Shown one piece after another: positions 30,183 through 39,597 of a stretch of 64,000 nucleotides of DNA. The notes beneath the pieces were generated by a model, which had not been told where the DNA came from, did no database searches, and was given only the letters and a program-made list of their open reading frames with translations. Source of the DNA: an uncultured beta proteobacterium (GTDB lineage: Bacteria; Pseudomonadota; Gammaproteobacteria; Burkholderiales; SHXO01); the NCBI GenBank assembly GCA_963827575.1, contig CAWHCG010000048.1, positions 197,018-261,017 on the forward strand, read 5' to 3'. Made by a program: the position numbers and the translations under genes. Numbering within the stretch: the stretch's first letter is position 1; each line of letters starts with the position of its first letter.

Positions 30183-30194
30183 CGCCAGCAGCGT

Positions 30195-31130
30195 TCACGC
30201 CTCCCGCCTCACAAAGCGCTGCACCGCGCCGCGCGATGCCCTGCGGGAACGCCACCACCATCAGGATGATCACCGCGCCCAGTATCAGCCGCCAGTAGTC
30301 GGTGCTGCGCATCACCTCCGTTTGCAAGGCGTGATAGGCGGCAGCGCCCACGACCGGACCGCTCAGGGTCTGCAGCCCTCCCAGCAGCACCATGACCAGC
30401 GCATCGACCGACTGCGGTATGGCAAGCACCGTGGGGAAGACATTGCCCTGGTGATACGCGTGGAGCGCACCCGCCAGCGCGGCCGCCGCACCCGCCAGCA
30501 CGAACGCCGCCCATTGCTGGCGGCGCACGTCGATGCCGATCGCCTCCGAGCGCAGCGGCGAGTCCCTGCCCGCCCGCAACGCGTAACCGAAGGGCGAGAA
30601 GATCACCCGCCGCAGCAGGATCAGGCTCGCTGCCGACCACCGCCAGCGTGAAATAGTAGTAGGCCGTCGTCGAAGCCGAGCCAGGCGGGCGGCCATACCC
30701 CGAGGATACCGTTGTCGCCGCCGGTCCAGCCCGCTGTGAAAGCTACCGACCAGACGATCTGCGCGAAGGCGAGCGTGAGCATGGCCAGATAGACGCCGGA
30801 CAGACGGATGCAGAACCAGCCGAACAGGACTGCAACCGCCGCGGCGGCGAGCGGTGCGGCCGCCAGGTTGACCGGCATGGGCGAGGCCGCATGTTTGACC
30901 AGCAGCGCGCAGGCATAGGCGCCGATGCCGAAGTAGACGGCGTGGCCGAAGGACACGAGCCCGCCGATGCTCATGATGAAATGCAGGCTGGCGGCGAACA
31001 GCGCGAGGATCATGATCTCGACGCTCACGAGCTGCGCGTACTCGCCGGCGAGAACCGGCAGGAGCAGAAGAATCGCCAGCAGCAGCATTGCAGCGGCCAG
31101 CACCGGCCGGCTCGCAGGACAGATGGGCAA
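30195..31130 (-). pseudogene. branched-chain-type ABC permease, LivM-like, about three frame breaks
   Basis: N-terminal part in ORF 30621..31130 and middle part in the frame of ORF 29752..30696 (SPFGYALRAGRDSPLRSEAIGIDV..). Two 1-nt shifts lie at ~30640-30680. A further one at ~30228-30234 restores the typical end ..FPQGIAGAVQRFVRREA* (TGA 30195). Confidence 0.7.
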
Positions 31131-31131
31131 C

Positions 31132-32042
31132 TCAGCCGATCTGCGGCGCGACGCGCGGGCGCGCCTCCGGCTTGCCCAGCAGCCCGTAGGGCCGGATCAC
31201 CAGCACCACCGCCATGACCAGGAAGGTCAGCACCAGGGTGAGCTGCGGGAAGATGAGGATGCCGAAGGCGGACAGCAGGCCAACCAGCAGCGCTGCCAGG
31301 AAGGCGCCGGTCACGCTGCCCATCCCGCCAATCACCACCACCACGAAGGCCTCGGCGATGACGTGAATGTCCATCTGCAGGTTCACCGCTTCCTTGGGGA
31401 TCTGCAGCGCACCGCCCAGTCCGGCTAGGAACGAGCCGAGGAACAGCACGCTGGTGAACAGCCACCGCTCGTTTACCCCCAGCGCGCCGGCCATCTCCCG
31501 ATCCTGGGTGGCGGCGCGCACCAGCACGCCCCAGCGCGTGCGGTGGAACAGCAGCCACAGGACGCCCAGCACGATGGGCCGAGCACGATCAGGAACAGGT
31601 GATATTGCGGGAAGCGCTCGCCGAGGATCTCCACGGTTGCCCTCAGACCCGGGGCGCGCGGGGCGAACAGGTCCTCCCGGCCCCAGATGGCGAGCGCGGC
31701 ATCCTGCACCACCAGCACCACCCCGAAGGTGGCCAGCAGCTGGAACAGCTCGGGCGCACGGTAGATCCGTCGCAGCAGCAGGATCTCCATCGCCACCCCG
31801 ACGACGCCCACTGCCGCAGCGGCAAGCACGATCCCGGTCCAGAAGCCCACCGGTGCGCCGAACCGCTCCATCAGGAACCCGCTCGCGCTGTAGGCCGCGT
31901 AGGCACCCAGCATGTAGAACGACCCATGGGCGAAGTTCACGATGCGGGTCACACCGAAGATGATCGACAGACCCGATGCGACCAGGAAGAGGGTCGCGGC
32001 GTGGGACAGGCCGGTGAGGAACTGGATGAGGAAGACGGTCAC
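31132..32042 (-). pseudogene. branched-chain-type ABC permease, LivH-like, one frame break
   Basis: From GTG 32042: MTVFLIQFLTGLSHAATLFLVASGLSIIFGVTRIVNFAHGSFYMLGAY... The frame then changes at the GGG run 31576-31578 into ..IVLGVLWLLFHRTRWGVLVRAATQDREMAGALGVN.. Confidence 0.8.
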
Positions 32043-32050
32043 TTATGCGC

Positions 32051-32249
32051 AAGGCGGGAGGCGCCTGCCCGTGAGGCGGTGAGGCGGGAGGCGAGGCGTC
32101 CCCCAACACTGCTGGTGAGGCGGGAGGCGGGAGGCGGGAGGCGTCCCCCTCACCCCGCCTCTCTGAACGGGGAGAGGGAGGATGCGGGTTATCTATCACC
32201 TAGAACGCCTCACTCGCTCACGCCTCACGCCTCTACGCCTCACGCGCCT
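32051..32249. repeat. composite hairpin element, heptamer class (AGGCGGG/AGGCGTG vs CCTCACG) with REP-like core
   Basis: Two left blocks (32051-32104, 32115-32149) of ggcggga/gtgaggc units. Core ccccctcaccccgcctctctgaacggggagagggagg (~32145-32181). Right arm gcctcactcgctcacgcctcacgcctctacgcctcacgcgcct (32207-32249), abutting the SBP stop. Confidence 0.85.
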
Positions 32250-33440
32250 ACTTCATCGCCTCCACCGGCCGCTTCTTCCTCACCACGCATCCGCTCGGCA
32301 TGTAGTCCTTGCCGTCGGCGTAGCGCCAGTCCACCATGACGCCCTTGTTGCCCTTCAGGTCGAGCTTGCCGACAAAGGCCCAACGTGGATTGCTGGTCGA
32401 TTGCGCGAAAGGTGATGGGGCCGAACACGGTGTCGATCGTCAGGCCGCGCAAGGCCTTGATCAGCTTCTCGGGGTCGGTGGAGCCCGCTTTCCTGAGGGC
32501 CTCGGCGATCGCCATGAAGGTGGTGTAGCCCACCACCGAACCCAGACGCGGTGTGTCGTTGAAGCGTTTCTCGTAGGCCTGCACGAACTTCTGGTGCACC
32601 GGGGTCTTGATCTGTTCCCAGGGATAGCCGGTGACGATCCAGCCCACCGGGGTTTCGTCCTTGAGCGGGTCGAGGTACTCCGGCTCGCCCGACAGCATGC
32701 TGACCACCGCGCGATCCTCGAACAAGCCGCGCAAGTTGCCCTCGCGCACGAACTTGGTCAAGTCGGCGCCGAACGTGACATTGAAGATCGCATCGGGCCT
32801 GGCCGCGGCCAGCGCCTGCACCGTCGCACCCGCCTCCAGCTTGCCCAGCGCCGGCCACTGCTCCTCGACGAACTCGACGTCCGGCCGCTTCGCCTTCAGC
32901 AGGGCCTTGAAGCTCGCCACCGCCGATTGTCCGTACTCGTAGTTGGGCGCCACCGTCGCCCAGCGTTTGGCCGGGAGCTTGGCCGCCTCCTCCGCCAGCA
33001 TGGCCGACTGCATATAGGTGCTCGGACGCAGCCGGAAGGTGTAGCGGTTGCCCTTCTCCCACACCAGCGCATCGGTGAGCGGCTCGGCCGCGACGAACAC
33101 GACCTTGTTGCGCAGGGCGATGTCGCTGACCGCAAGCCCGACGTTGGACAGAAAGGTCCCGGCGAGCAGGTCGACCTTCTGGCTCGCGAGCAGCTCGCTG
33201 GCATGCCGGGTCGCATCGTCCGGCTTGCCGCCGTCATCGCGCGAGATCACTTCCAGCCTGCGCCCCAGCACCCCGCCCGCGGCGTTCACCTCCTCCACCG
33301 CCAGCTCCCAGCCGTTGCGGTAGGGGATCGTGAACGCAGGCACGGTGGAGTAGCTGCTGATCTCGCCGATGCGGATCGGGCTGCTGCGCATGCGCGGCTG
33401 TGAGATCAGCACCAGCGCGCCGAGTGCAATCGCTCGTCAT
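32248..33440 (-). pseudogene. Liv-type (PBP type 1) ABC substrate-binding protein, frame broken near both ends
   Basis: The body is in ORF 32240..33412 (PIRIGEISSYSTVPAF..NGWELAVEEVNAAGGVLGRRLEV..). The C-terminus continues after a 1-nt shift at ~32377-32382 as AFVGKLDLKGNKGVMVDWRYADGKDYMP..VEAMK* (TAG 32248). The likely ATG 33440 (MTS..) is also one frame off the IALGALVLI signal segment. Confidence 0.7.
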
Positions 33441-33465
33441 GTCGGTGAATGAATGAACACCTATG

Positions 33466-33631
33466 CACCGCCAAGGACGCCAAGAACGCAAAGGAAAACC
33501 AGAGTCTGTTTCGACAAGCGCTAACACCCTTGCGCCATTGACGACGCTGGTGTCAAGGCGCGTCGCGGATCGCCTTTTCAGCGCATCCCTGCTTCTCGGT
33601 TCTCTTGGCGTCCTTGGCGTCCTTGGCGGTG
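33466..33631. repeat. composite hairpin element (CCAAGGACG units), SBP-ligase gap
   Basis: Left arm cACCGCcaaggacgccaagaacgcaaaggaaaacc. Right arm ggttctcttggcgtccttggcgtccttgGCGGTg. Spacer ~97 nt. Confidence 0.9.
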
Positions 33632-33641
33632 AAGCTTGGGT

Positions 33642-35355
33642 TTACGCTTTGGGCGCATCGCGCAGCTCGCGCCGCAGGATCTTGCCGACCGGGCTCTTGG
33701 GCAGGGAGTTACGGAACTCGACGTGACGCGGGACCTTGTAACCGGTGAGGTTCTCGCGGCAGTGACGGATCAGCGCCTCGGCGGTAAGCGCAGGGTCTTT
33801 GCGCACCACGAACAGCTTCACGGCCTCCCCGGTGTTCTCGTCCGCCACGCCGATCGCGCAAGCCTCCAGCACGCCCGGGTGCATGGCGACCACGTCCTCG
33901 ATCTCGTTGGGGTACACGTTGAAGCCGGACACCAGGATCATGTCCTTCACCCGGTCCACGATCTTGAGATAGCCCTCCGGGGTGATCAGGCCCAGGTCGC
34001 CGGTGGCGAGCCAGCCGTCGGAGCGCAGGACCTTCGCGGTCTCGTCGGGCCGCTGCCAGTAACCGGCCATGACCTGCGGTCCGCGCACGAACACCTGACC
34101 CACAGCGCCCTGCGGCAGCGCGCGCTCCGCCTCGTCGCGGATCTGCACCTCGGTGCCGGGCAGGGGCAGGCCGGTGGTGCCGGTGTGCTCTTCGATGTCC
34201 AGCCGGTTGATGGAGACAGCGCCGGAGGTCTCGGTGAGTCCGTAGCCCTCGGAGAGCACGCGCCCGGTGATCTCCTTCCAGCGCTTGGCCACCGCGAGCT
34301 GCACCGGCGCGCCGCCGCCGCCCGCCATGCGCAGGTTGCTGAAGTCGACCTTGGCGAAAGCTTCGTTGTGGATGAGCGCGTTGAACAGCGTATTGACGCC
34401 GACGAAGAACGTGAACCGGTTGGCGCCGAGGGTCTTGACCAGGTTGGGGATATCCCGCGGGTTGGCGATCAGGATCTGCAAGCCTCCGCCGCGCACGAAC
34501 ATCATGCAGTTCAGCACCAGCGCCAGGATGTGATAGAACGGCAGCGGCGCGACCGCGATTTCCTGGCCGGCTCGCACGGTGTTCCCGGTATAAGCGAGGA
34601 TCTGCTCGACATTGGACAGGACGTGCCGGTGCTGCAGTATCGCGCCCTTGGACACCCCGGTGGTGCCGCCGGTGTACTGCAGGAACGCCAGATCCTCGGC
34701 CGCCAGTGGCGGCACGCTCATGCTTGCGCCCGCCCCCCCGGCGAGGGCTTGCGGGAAGCGCACTGCACCCGCGATGCTCCAGGGCTTGACCATCTTCTTG
34801 ACGCGCCGGAACACGAAATTGATCAGCGCCGCCTTTGATCCAGCCCAGCAGGTCCCCGATCGACGCGACTATCACGTGCTTGACGGGCGTGCGCGCGATG
34901 ACCTCCTGAAGTGTGTGCGCCGCACTCTCGAAGATCACGATCCCCGCGGCGCCCGAATCCTTGAGCTGGTGCTCCAACTCCCGAGCGGTGTAGAGTGGAT
35001 TGACGCTGACCACCGCCAGCCCCGCGCGCAGGATCCCATAGACGGCGATCGGATACTGCAGGATGTTGGGCATCATGATCGCCACACGCTCGCCCTTGCG
35101 CAGCCCCAGGCGGGTCTGCAGGTACGCGGCGAAGTCGCGTGACAAGCGATCCAGCTCGCCATAGCTGATCTGGACGCCGAAGCTCTCGAACGCGGGCTGG
35201 TCGCGGTAGCGCTGAACGCTCGCCTCGAGCATCTGCGGGATCGACTCAAACTCCAGCGGACCCAGTTCCGCGGGCGCGCCGGGCGGGTAGCTCTTCAACC
35301 ACGGCTTCGCTTCGCTACCGCTGGTCATCGACTCCATCTGCGTGCTCCCGGCCAT
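33642..35355 (-). pseudogene. long-chain/medium-chain acyl-CoA ligase (FadD-like, AMP-binding), one frame break
   Basis: N-terminal half in ORF 33709..35355 (..PWLKSYPPG..ERVAIMMPNILQYP..). The C-terminal half in ORF 33642..34814 has LQYTGGTTGVSKGA, GYGLTETS, WLATGDLG and KVPRHVEF. The shift lies at ~34826-34834. The ATG 35355 overlaps the upstream stop (TGATG). Confidence 0.8.
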
Positions 35356-35939
35356 CAGCGCAACCCGTCCTGGCCCTTGATCTCGTGGCTCGACAACCCG
35401 CCCACGCGCGCAAGCGGCCGCCCGCTGTCTGTAACGGCCACCGCCACGACGATTTCGCCGGGCCTTGGCGCATCGCCGACCCGTGCCTCGATCGCGTCGA
35501 AATGGCTGCGCACATAGGCGGCGTCCTTGTGCCCGAGCGGCACGTCGATGGCCGTGCCCAGCGTGCCGATTTTCTTGGCCGAGGGTACCAGCGCCGCGCC
35601 TTTCTCGACCGCCCGGCGCAGCGGCGCTCCCAGTTTCGGGTGCAGGATCGCGGCCGCGTGCTCCAGCTCTCCGGCCTCGCCGACGATCGCCGCTTTACCG
35701 TAGCTCTCGGCGTGTGCCGGTGCGATCCCCAGCGCGTGCACGCAGCGCTCCCCCAGCAATCCGCCCAGCTCTTCGCCGATGTCCATCAGCTCGGTGAGAT
35801 CCTCGGCATAGCGGCCGGCGAAAGGATTGGCGACCACCGCCATCGCCACGGCACGCCGCGTTGGCGGGCTCACCTCGCGGCCCATCTCCATGCGCACCTC
35901 GTCCACCTGGACCACGATCTTCCTGATGCTCGCTTTCAT
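35355..35939 (-). CDS. amino acid synthesis family protein (PF06684/DUF1185-like), paralog 1
   Basis: MKASIRKIVVQVDEVRMEMGREV..AVVANPFAGRYAEDL..YGKAAIVGEAGELEHAAAILHP..VPSAKKIG..DVPLGHKDAAYVRSHFD, the pattern I associate with this family. Confidence 0.7.
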   Translation of the reverse strand: MKASIRKIVVQVDEVRMEMGREVSPPTRRAVAMAVVANPFAGRYAEDLTELMDIGEELGGLLGERCVHALGIAPAHAESYGKAAIVGEAGELEHAAAILHPKLGAPLRRAVEKGAALVPSAKKIGTLGTAIDVPLGHKDAAYVRSHFDAIEARVGDAPRPGEIVVAVAVTDSGRPLARVGGLSSHEIKGQDGLR

Positions 35940-35956
35940 CTTGCCTACACCCTTTC

Positions 35957-36060
35957 TCAACCGCAGAGGCGCAGAGAACACCTGTTTGCTGGTGACGCCG
36001 GGGCCAGTGTTCGTGCCATATGCATTTTCCTCTGCGAGCCTCTGCGCCTGTGCGGTTGGA
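35957..36060. repeat. composite hairpin element (GCAGAGGCG units), short copy
   Basis: Left arm tcaACCGCagaggcgcagagaacac. Right arm ttttcctctgcgagcctctgcgcctgtGCGGTtgga. Spacer ~43 nt. It lies between the two amino-acid-synthesis-family paralogs. Confidence 0.85.
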
Positions 36061-36065
36061 CCCGG

Positions 36066-36644
36066 TTAACGCAGGCCATCGGCGCCCTTGATCTCCGTGG
36101 CACGCAGGCCACCCACGCGCTCGTGCACGCGCGGCCCCGTCGCCATCACCAGGCAGTAGATCAGCTCGTCGGCGGCCGGCGCGCCCGGAACATACACCTC
36201 CATGGCGTCGAAGTGGCTGCGCACGTAGCTCGCGTTTACATGAGTGACCGGTACATCCAGTTTGGTGCCGGGTGCGCCCACCTTCTTCGCGGAGGGCACG
36301 ATGGCTTTGGCGCCGCCCAGCACCTCGCGCATGGCATAGCCCCCCGGCACATGCCACAGCGCGCCGTGCTCCAGCTCGCCGGCCGCGCCAATGATCGCGC
36401 CCTTGCCGTAGCCCTCGATCTCGCGCGGCATAACGCCGATCGCCGCAACCAGCCGCCGCGACAGGTCCAGGCCCAGCGGATTGAGCGCCTCCATCATGGG
36501 CATGATGTTGGGCTCATAGCGGCCTGCGAAGGGGTTGGTGAGCACCGCGCACACTGCGCCGCGCTTGAGCGGCCGCGCCGGGAGCGGGCCGAACTCGTGG
36601 AAGATCTCCTCGACCTGGGTAAAGATCTCGCGTATCTCGATCAT
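36066..36644 (-). CDS. amino acid synthesis family protein, paralog 2
   Basis: MIEIREIFTQVEEIFHEFG..AVLTNPFAGRYEPNI..YGKGAIIGAAGELEHGALWHVP..VPSAKKVG..DVPVTHVNASYVRSHFD. Clearly paralogous to 35355..35939. Confidence 0.7.
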   Translation of the reverse strand: MIEIREIFTQVEEIFHEFGPLPARPLKRGAVCAVLTNPFAGRYEPNIMPMMEALNPLGLDLSRRLVAAIGVMPREIEGYGKGAIIGAAGELEHGALWHVPGGYAMREVLGGAKAIVPSAKKVGAPGTKLDVPVTHVNASYVRSHFDAMEVYVPGAPAADELIYCLVMATGPRVHERVGGLRATEIKGADGLR

Positions 36645-36661
36645 GCCCGACCCGTACCATC

Positions 36662-37558
36662 TCAGCCCCTGGATGCAGGCGGCTGCGAACCACCCCGATC
36701 CGGAACCGGCGCCGTCAATGCTGCCACGCCACCGACCGCCCGCGCGCTTCCGCGCAGACACATCACCGCAGCCGCGATAGTACCTGCATCCAGCAAACGC
36801 TGCGCGTGGGCCGCGCCGGCCGCCAGCGCGCGCTCGATCTGCTCTGTCGACAGGGCGCCAACGTCCACGGTCACGGGGCGTGGCCCCAGGTCGGTGTCGT
36901 CCTTCAGCTCACATGCCGGGCGGCGGATGATCGTCGCGGCGTCGACGTCGACGTCATTGGCGATCATGGTCGCGGCCGCGTCGGCCTCGGCGGCGCTGCG
37001 CGCCAGCACCGTCACGCTGTCGGCGATGCCGAGGCTGAAACTGCGCCCGCGCCAGCCGCTGGTGGCGATGCCCCGCACCGGCTGGTCCGCGGTCACTTCG
37101 AAGGCAGCGTCGAGGCCGAGCGGTTTGCGACCTTGCGATCCGCCCAGCTCGGCGACCAACCCGACGCGGTAGGCCTGACCGGGAGCCAGACACACCGCGA
37201 TGTCGCCCCCGTTGTTCACGTACGCACGACGCACGCCGGCCACGCGAAAAAAGCCGATCATCTCGTCGGCTACCGCGCCCGCCACCGCCGCCATCGGAGT
37301 GATGAACCGCTCGCGGTGCGGCCAGCACGCCGCAACCATGCGCTTCGCGACCGGCTGCCGGACCCCGCCTGCGTCCCGCACCGGCGAGCGCAGCATCCGC
37401 AATTCACCGACCAGCTCAGCCAGGACGCGCTCGAAGCGTTGCCATGCACGTCCGACGGCGAGCTCGACCGCTTCCCGCTCGCCGTCTGCCCCGATGACGA
37501 GATCGATCGGCCCATGCTGGAAATGCCAGCGCCCGTCGGGGAAGCGGGCGCGGCTCGC
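36662..37558 (-). CDS. UPF0280 (ApbE-related) family protein, 5' boundary unresolved (no start codon before the conserved N-terminus)
   Basis: In frame: ..FPDGRWHFQHGPIDLVIGADGEREAV.. (37481-37543) and FITPMAAVAGAVADEM..NNGGDIAV..GIATSGWRGRSFSLGIADSVTVLA. The track ORF starts only at TTG 37402. Upstream the frame runs into the heptamer repeat without ATG/GTG/TTG. Confidence 0.6.
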   Translation of the reverse strand, partial: ASRARFPDGRWHFQHGPIDLVIGADGEREAVELAVGRAWQRFERVLAELVGELRMLRSPVRDAGGVRQPVAKRMVAACWPHRERFITPMAAVAGAVADEMIGFFRVAGVRRAYVNNGGDIAVCLAPGQAYRVGLVAELGGSQGRKPLGLDAAFEVTADQPVRGIATSGWRGRSFSLGIADSVTVLARSAAEADAAATMIANDVDVDAATIIRRPACELKDDTDLGPRPVTVDVGALSTEQIERALAAGAAHAQRLLDAGTIAAAVMCLRGSARAVGGVAALTAPVPDRGGSQPPASRG

Positions 37559-37561
37559 TGC

Positions 37562-37857
37562 CCGTGAGGCGGGAGGCGGGAGGCGGGAGGCGTCCGATCG
37601 CGTGAGGGGAGGCGGGAGGCGGGAGGCGTCCCCCGATACTGCTGCGTGAGCGGGAGGCGGGAGGGGGAGGGTCCCCTCACCCCTGCCCTCTCCCCCGTGA
37701 ACGGGGGAGAGGGAGTATGCTGTTGGGCTGCTTCAGTAACGGATTGACGCCTCACGCCTCACGCACTCGAACGCCTCACGCCTCACGCCTCACGCCTCAC
37801 GCCTCACGCCTCACGCCTCACGCCTCACGCCTCACGCCTCACGCCTCACGCCTCACG
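37562..37857. repeat. composite hairpin element, largest copy: AGGCGGG blocks, REP-like core, GCCTCAC x12 array
   Basis: Left blocks 37562-37670. Core CCCTCTCCCCC gtgaac GGGGGAGAGGG (37686-37713, 11-bp perfect stem). Right arm GCCTCAC x2 (37749-37763) and an uninterrupted x12 run (37773-37857), ending 3 nt from the stop at 37861. Confidence 0.9.
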
Positions 37858-37860
37858 GTT

Positions 37861-39309
37861 TCACCCGACCGGCCAAGGATTGAGCCCATCCCATCCGACC
37901 ACACGTATGCGCTCGCTGTCGACGATCTCGCGGATCGTGCGCACGCGGTCCATATGCCCGCCGAGTGCCCGGTAGTCCGCAAGCTGCAGGGTGAACTCGA
38001 TGGGCGCGACGATGGCCGGGGTAGGCACCCAGCCGAAGGAGTTGTGGGGCATGCGGGTGACATCCACCATCACCGTGATGCCGCCCCCGGGCCAGACATA
38101 CACCGGCGCGCCGCCGCAGGTGACTCTGGTCAGCAGGTCTTTGATGGACCGCGTCAAGCGCACCGGATTCTCGGTCACGCCCGCGCGCAAGCTGCCGCCT
38201 GCGCCGGCCAGGAACAGCACCGTGCACAGAGCCGGCTCGCAGTTCTCGCCGATGCGCTCCACCACCTTGCGTACCGCGGCAGGCATCGGCGCAGGCCGCA
38301 TGCGCAGCTGCTCGTCGAGGATGAAATAAGCCGAATCCTCACCGGTAGTCGAAACCATCAGAATGCGGCCGCCTGCTCGCGCCACTTTGGGGTCGAAGCC
38401 GGTGACGATGGACAGCGGATCGGTGACGTCGGTGCCGCCCCAGCCGGTGCCCGGGTTGGCGACCTGGAAGTAGCGCCCCGGGGTGGACTTGCGCCCCCTG
38501 ATCCTGATCCCGGACGGGGGCATGGCCAGGAAGCGGCCGGCTTGATGCTCGGTGAGCACGCCGGTGATGTGGTCGTCGACCACCACCACCTCGTCGACGT
38601 GCCCGTGCCACTGCTTGGCGAAGATACCGATCGTGGCGGAGCCGCATCCCACCCGCATCCGCTGCTCTTCGACGCCGTTGACCACGGGTGCCTTGCCGGC
38701 CTGGATCACCAGGCTGGCACCACCGTCCACCTGCACCTCGACGGCGCTCTGGTTGCCGAGCTCCATCATCATGTCGCAGGTGACCCGCCCCTCCTTCTTG
38801 CTGCCGCCGGTCAGGTGGTGCACCCCGCCCAGCGACAGCATCTGCGAGCCGTATTCGATGGTGGTGACATGTCCCACAGCCTCGCCCTTGCAGCGCACGC
38901 TCGCCTGCTCCGGCCCGATCCAGCGGTCGGTGTCGATCTTGATCTTGAAGCTGCAGTAGCTGAAGATGCCCTCGGTCACGACCGTGACCATGTCCACGCC
39001 CTGATACTGCGAGCTGACGATGAACGGCGCAGGCTTGTAGTCGGGATACGTAGTACCCGAGCCCACGCCGGAAACGAACACGGGGGCATCGGAAATGGGA
39101 CTGCCGTCCCAGTCCTTCTGCTCCAGGAACCCGGTGACCTCGCCGGACTCGCCCGCCACTTTCTGGAACAGCACCACCGGGTCGACCCGGGTCAGTTTGC
39201 CGCCGAAGTTGCCCCACCGGTCGCAAGCGCCGGTGCGCCCCTCGCTGATCTGGCACAGCACCGGGCAGGCGTCGCAGATCACTTTGCCGGGTGCAGGAAT
39301 CTCGCTCAC
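37861..39309 (-). CDS. 6-hydroxynicotinate reductase-like iron-sulfur protein
   Basis: 482 aa with an N-terminal Cys cluster, ICDACPVLCQISEGRTGACDRWGN. Length and N-terminus match proteins I recall being annotated as 6-hydroxynicotinate reductase. The context includes an enamidase-like gene and a Mo-hydroxylase. Assignment is from memory only. Confidence 0.6.
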   Translation of the reverse strand: MSEIPAPGKVICDACPVLCQISEGRTGACDRWGNFGGKLTRVDPVVLFQKVAGESGEVTGFLEQKDWDGSPISDAPVFVSGVGSGTTYPDYKPAPFIVSSQYQGVDMVTVVTEGIFSYCSFKIKIDTDRWIGPEQASVRCKGEAVGHVTTIEYGSQMLSLGGVHHLTGGSKKEGRVTCDMMMELGNQSAVEVQVDGGASLVIQAGKAPVVNGVEEQRMRVGCGSATIGIFAKQWHGHVDEVVVVDDHITGVLTEHQAGRFLAMPPSGIRIRGRKSTPGRYFQVANPGTGWGGTDVTDPLSIVTGFDPKVARAGGRILMVSTTGEDSAYFILDEQLRMRPAPMPAAVRKVVERIGENCEPALCTVLFLAGAGGSLRAGVTENPVRLTRSIKDLLTRVTCGGAPVYVWPGGGITVMVDVTRMPHNSFGWVPTPAIVAPIEFTLQLADYRALGGHMDRVRTIREIVDSERIRVVGWDGLNPWPVG

Positions 39310-39344
39310 GGCTCCACCAAGCTACGACGCTAGGACTGAACGAC

Positions 39345-39562
39345 GAACCGCCAAAGCAACACAGAGGAAACTTGAACGGTCCTCCAGCGAAAATCTGAAT
39401 GGGCCGCCAAGACGCCAAGACGCCAAGGAAACCAATACAGACTCTCTCGCAACCATACGCACAGGGAACCCCGAAGGAGATGCAGGGCTGTTCTTGGCGT
39501 CTTGGCGTCTTGGCGGCCATTCAGGTTTTCCCTCGTGTCTTGGCGTATGGGTTCTTGGCGGC
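39345..39562. repeat. nested/double composite hairpin element (CCAAGACG octamer units)
   Basis: Outer left gaACCGCcaaagcaacacagaggaaac (39345-39371). Inner left ctgaatgggCCGCcaagacgccaagacgccaaggaaacc (39395-39433). Inner right gttcttggcgtcttggcgtcttgGCGGccattcag (39490-39524). Outer right gttttccctcgtgtcttggcgtatgggttcttGGCGGc (39525-39562). Confidence 0.85.
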
Positions 39563-39597
39563 CCCAGCGCTTCTTCCTCGGCGGTCCAATCGATTCA

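Noticed and set aside
35385-37172. 595-aa plus-strand ORF
   Set aside because: It is antisense to the two amino-acid-synthesis-family genes and the UPF0280 gene, crosses a repeat element, and has no recognisable motifs.
37749-37857. Heptamer array considered as a CRISPR-like or coding repeat
   Set aside because: The units are 7 nt, contiguous and without spacers, and no cas genes are present. The array is one arm of an inverted structure. It is not a multiple of three and lies outside any supported ORF.
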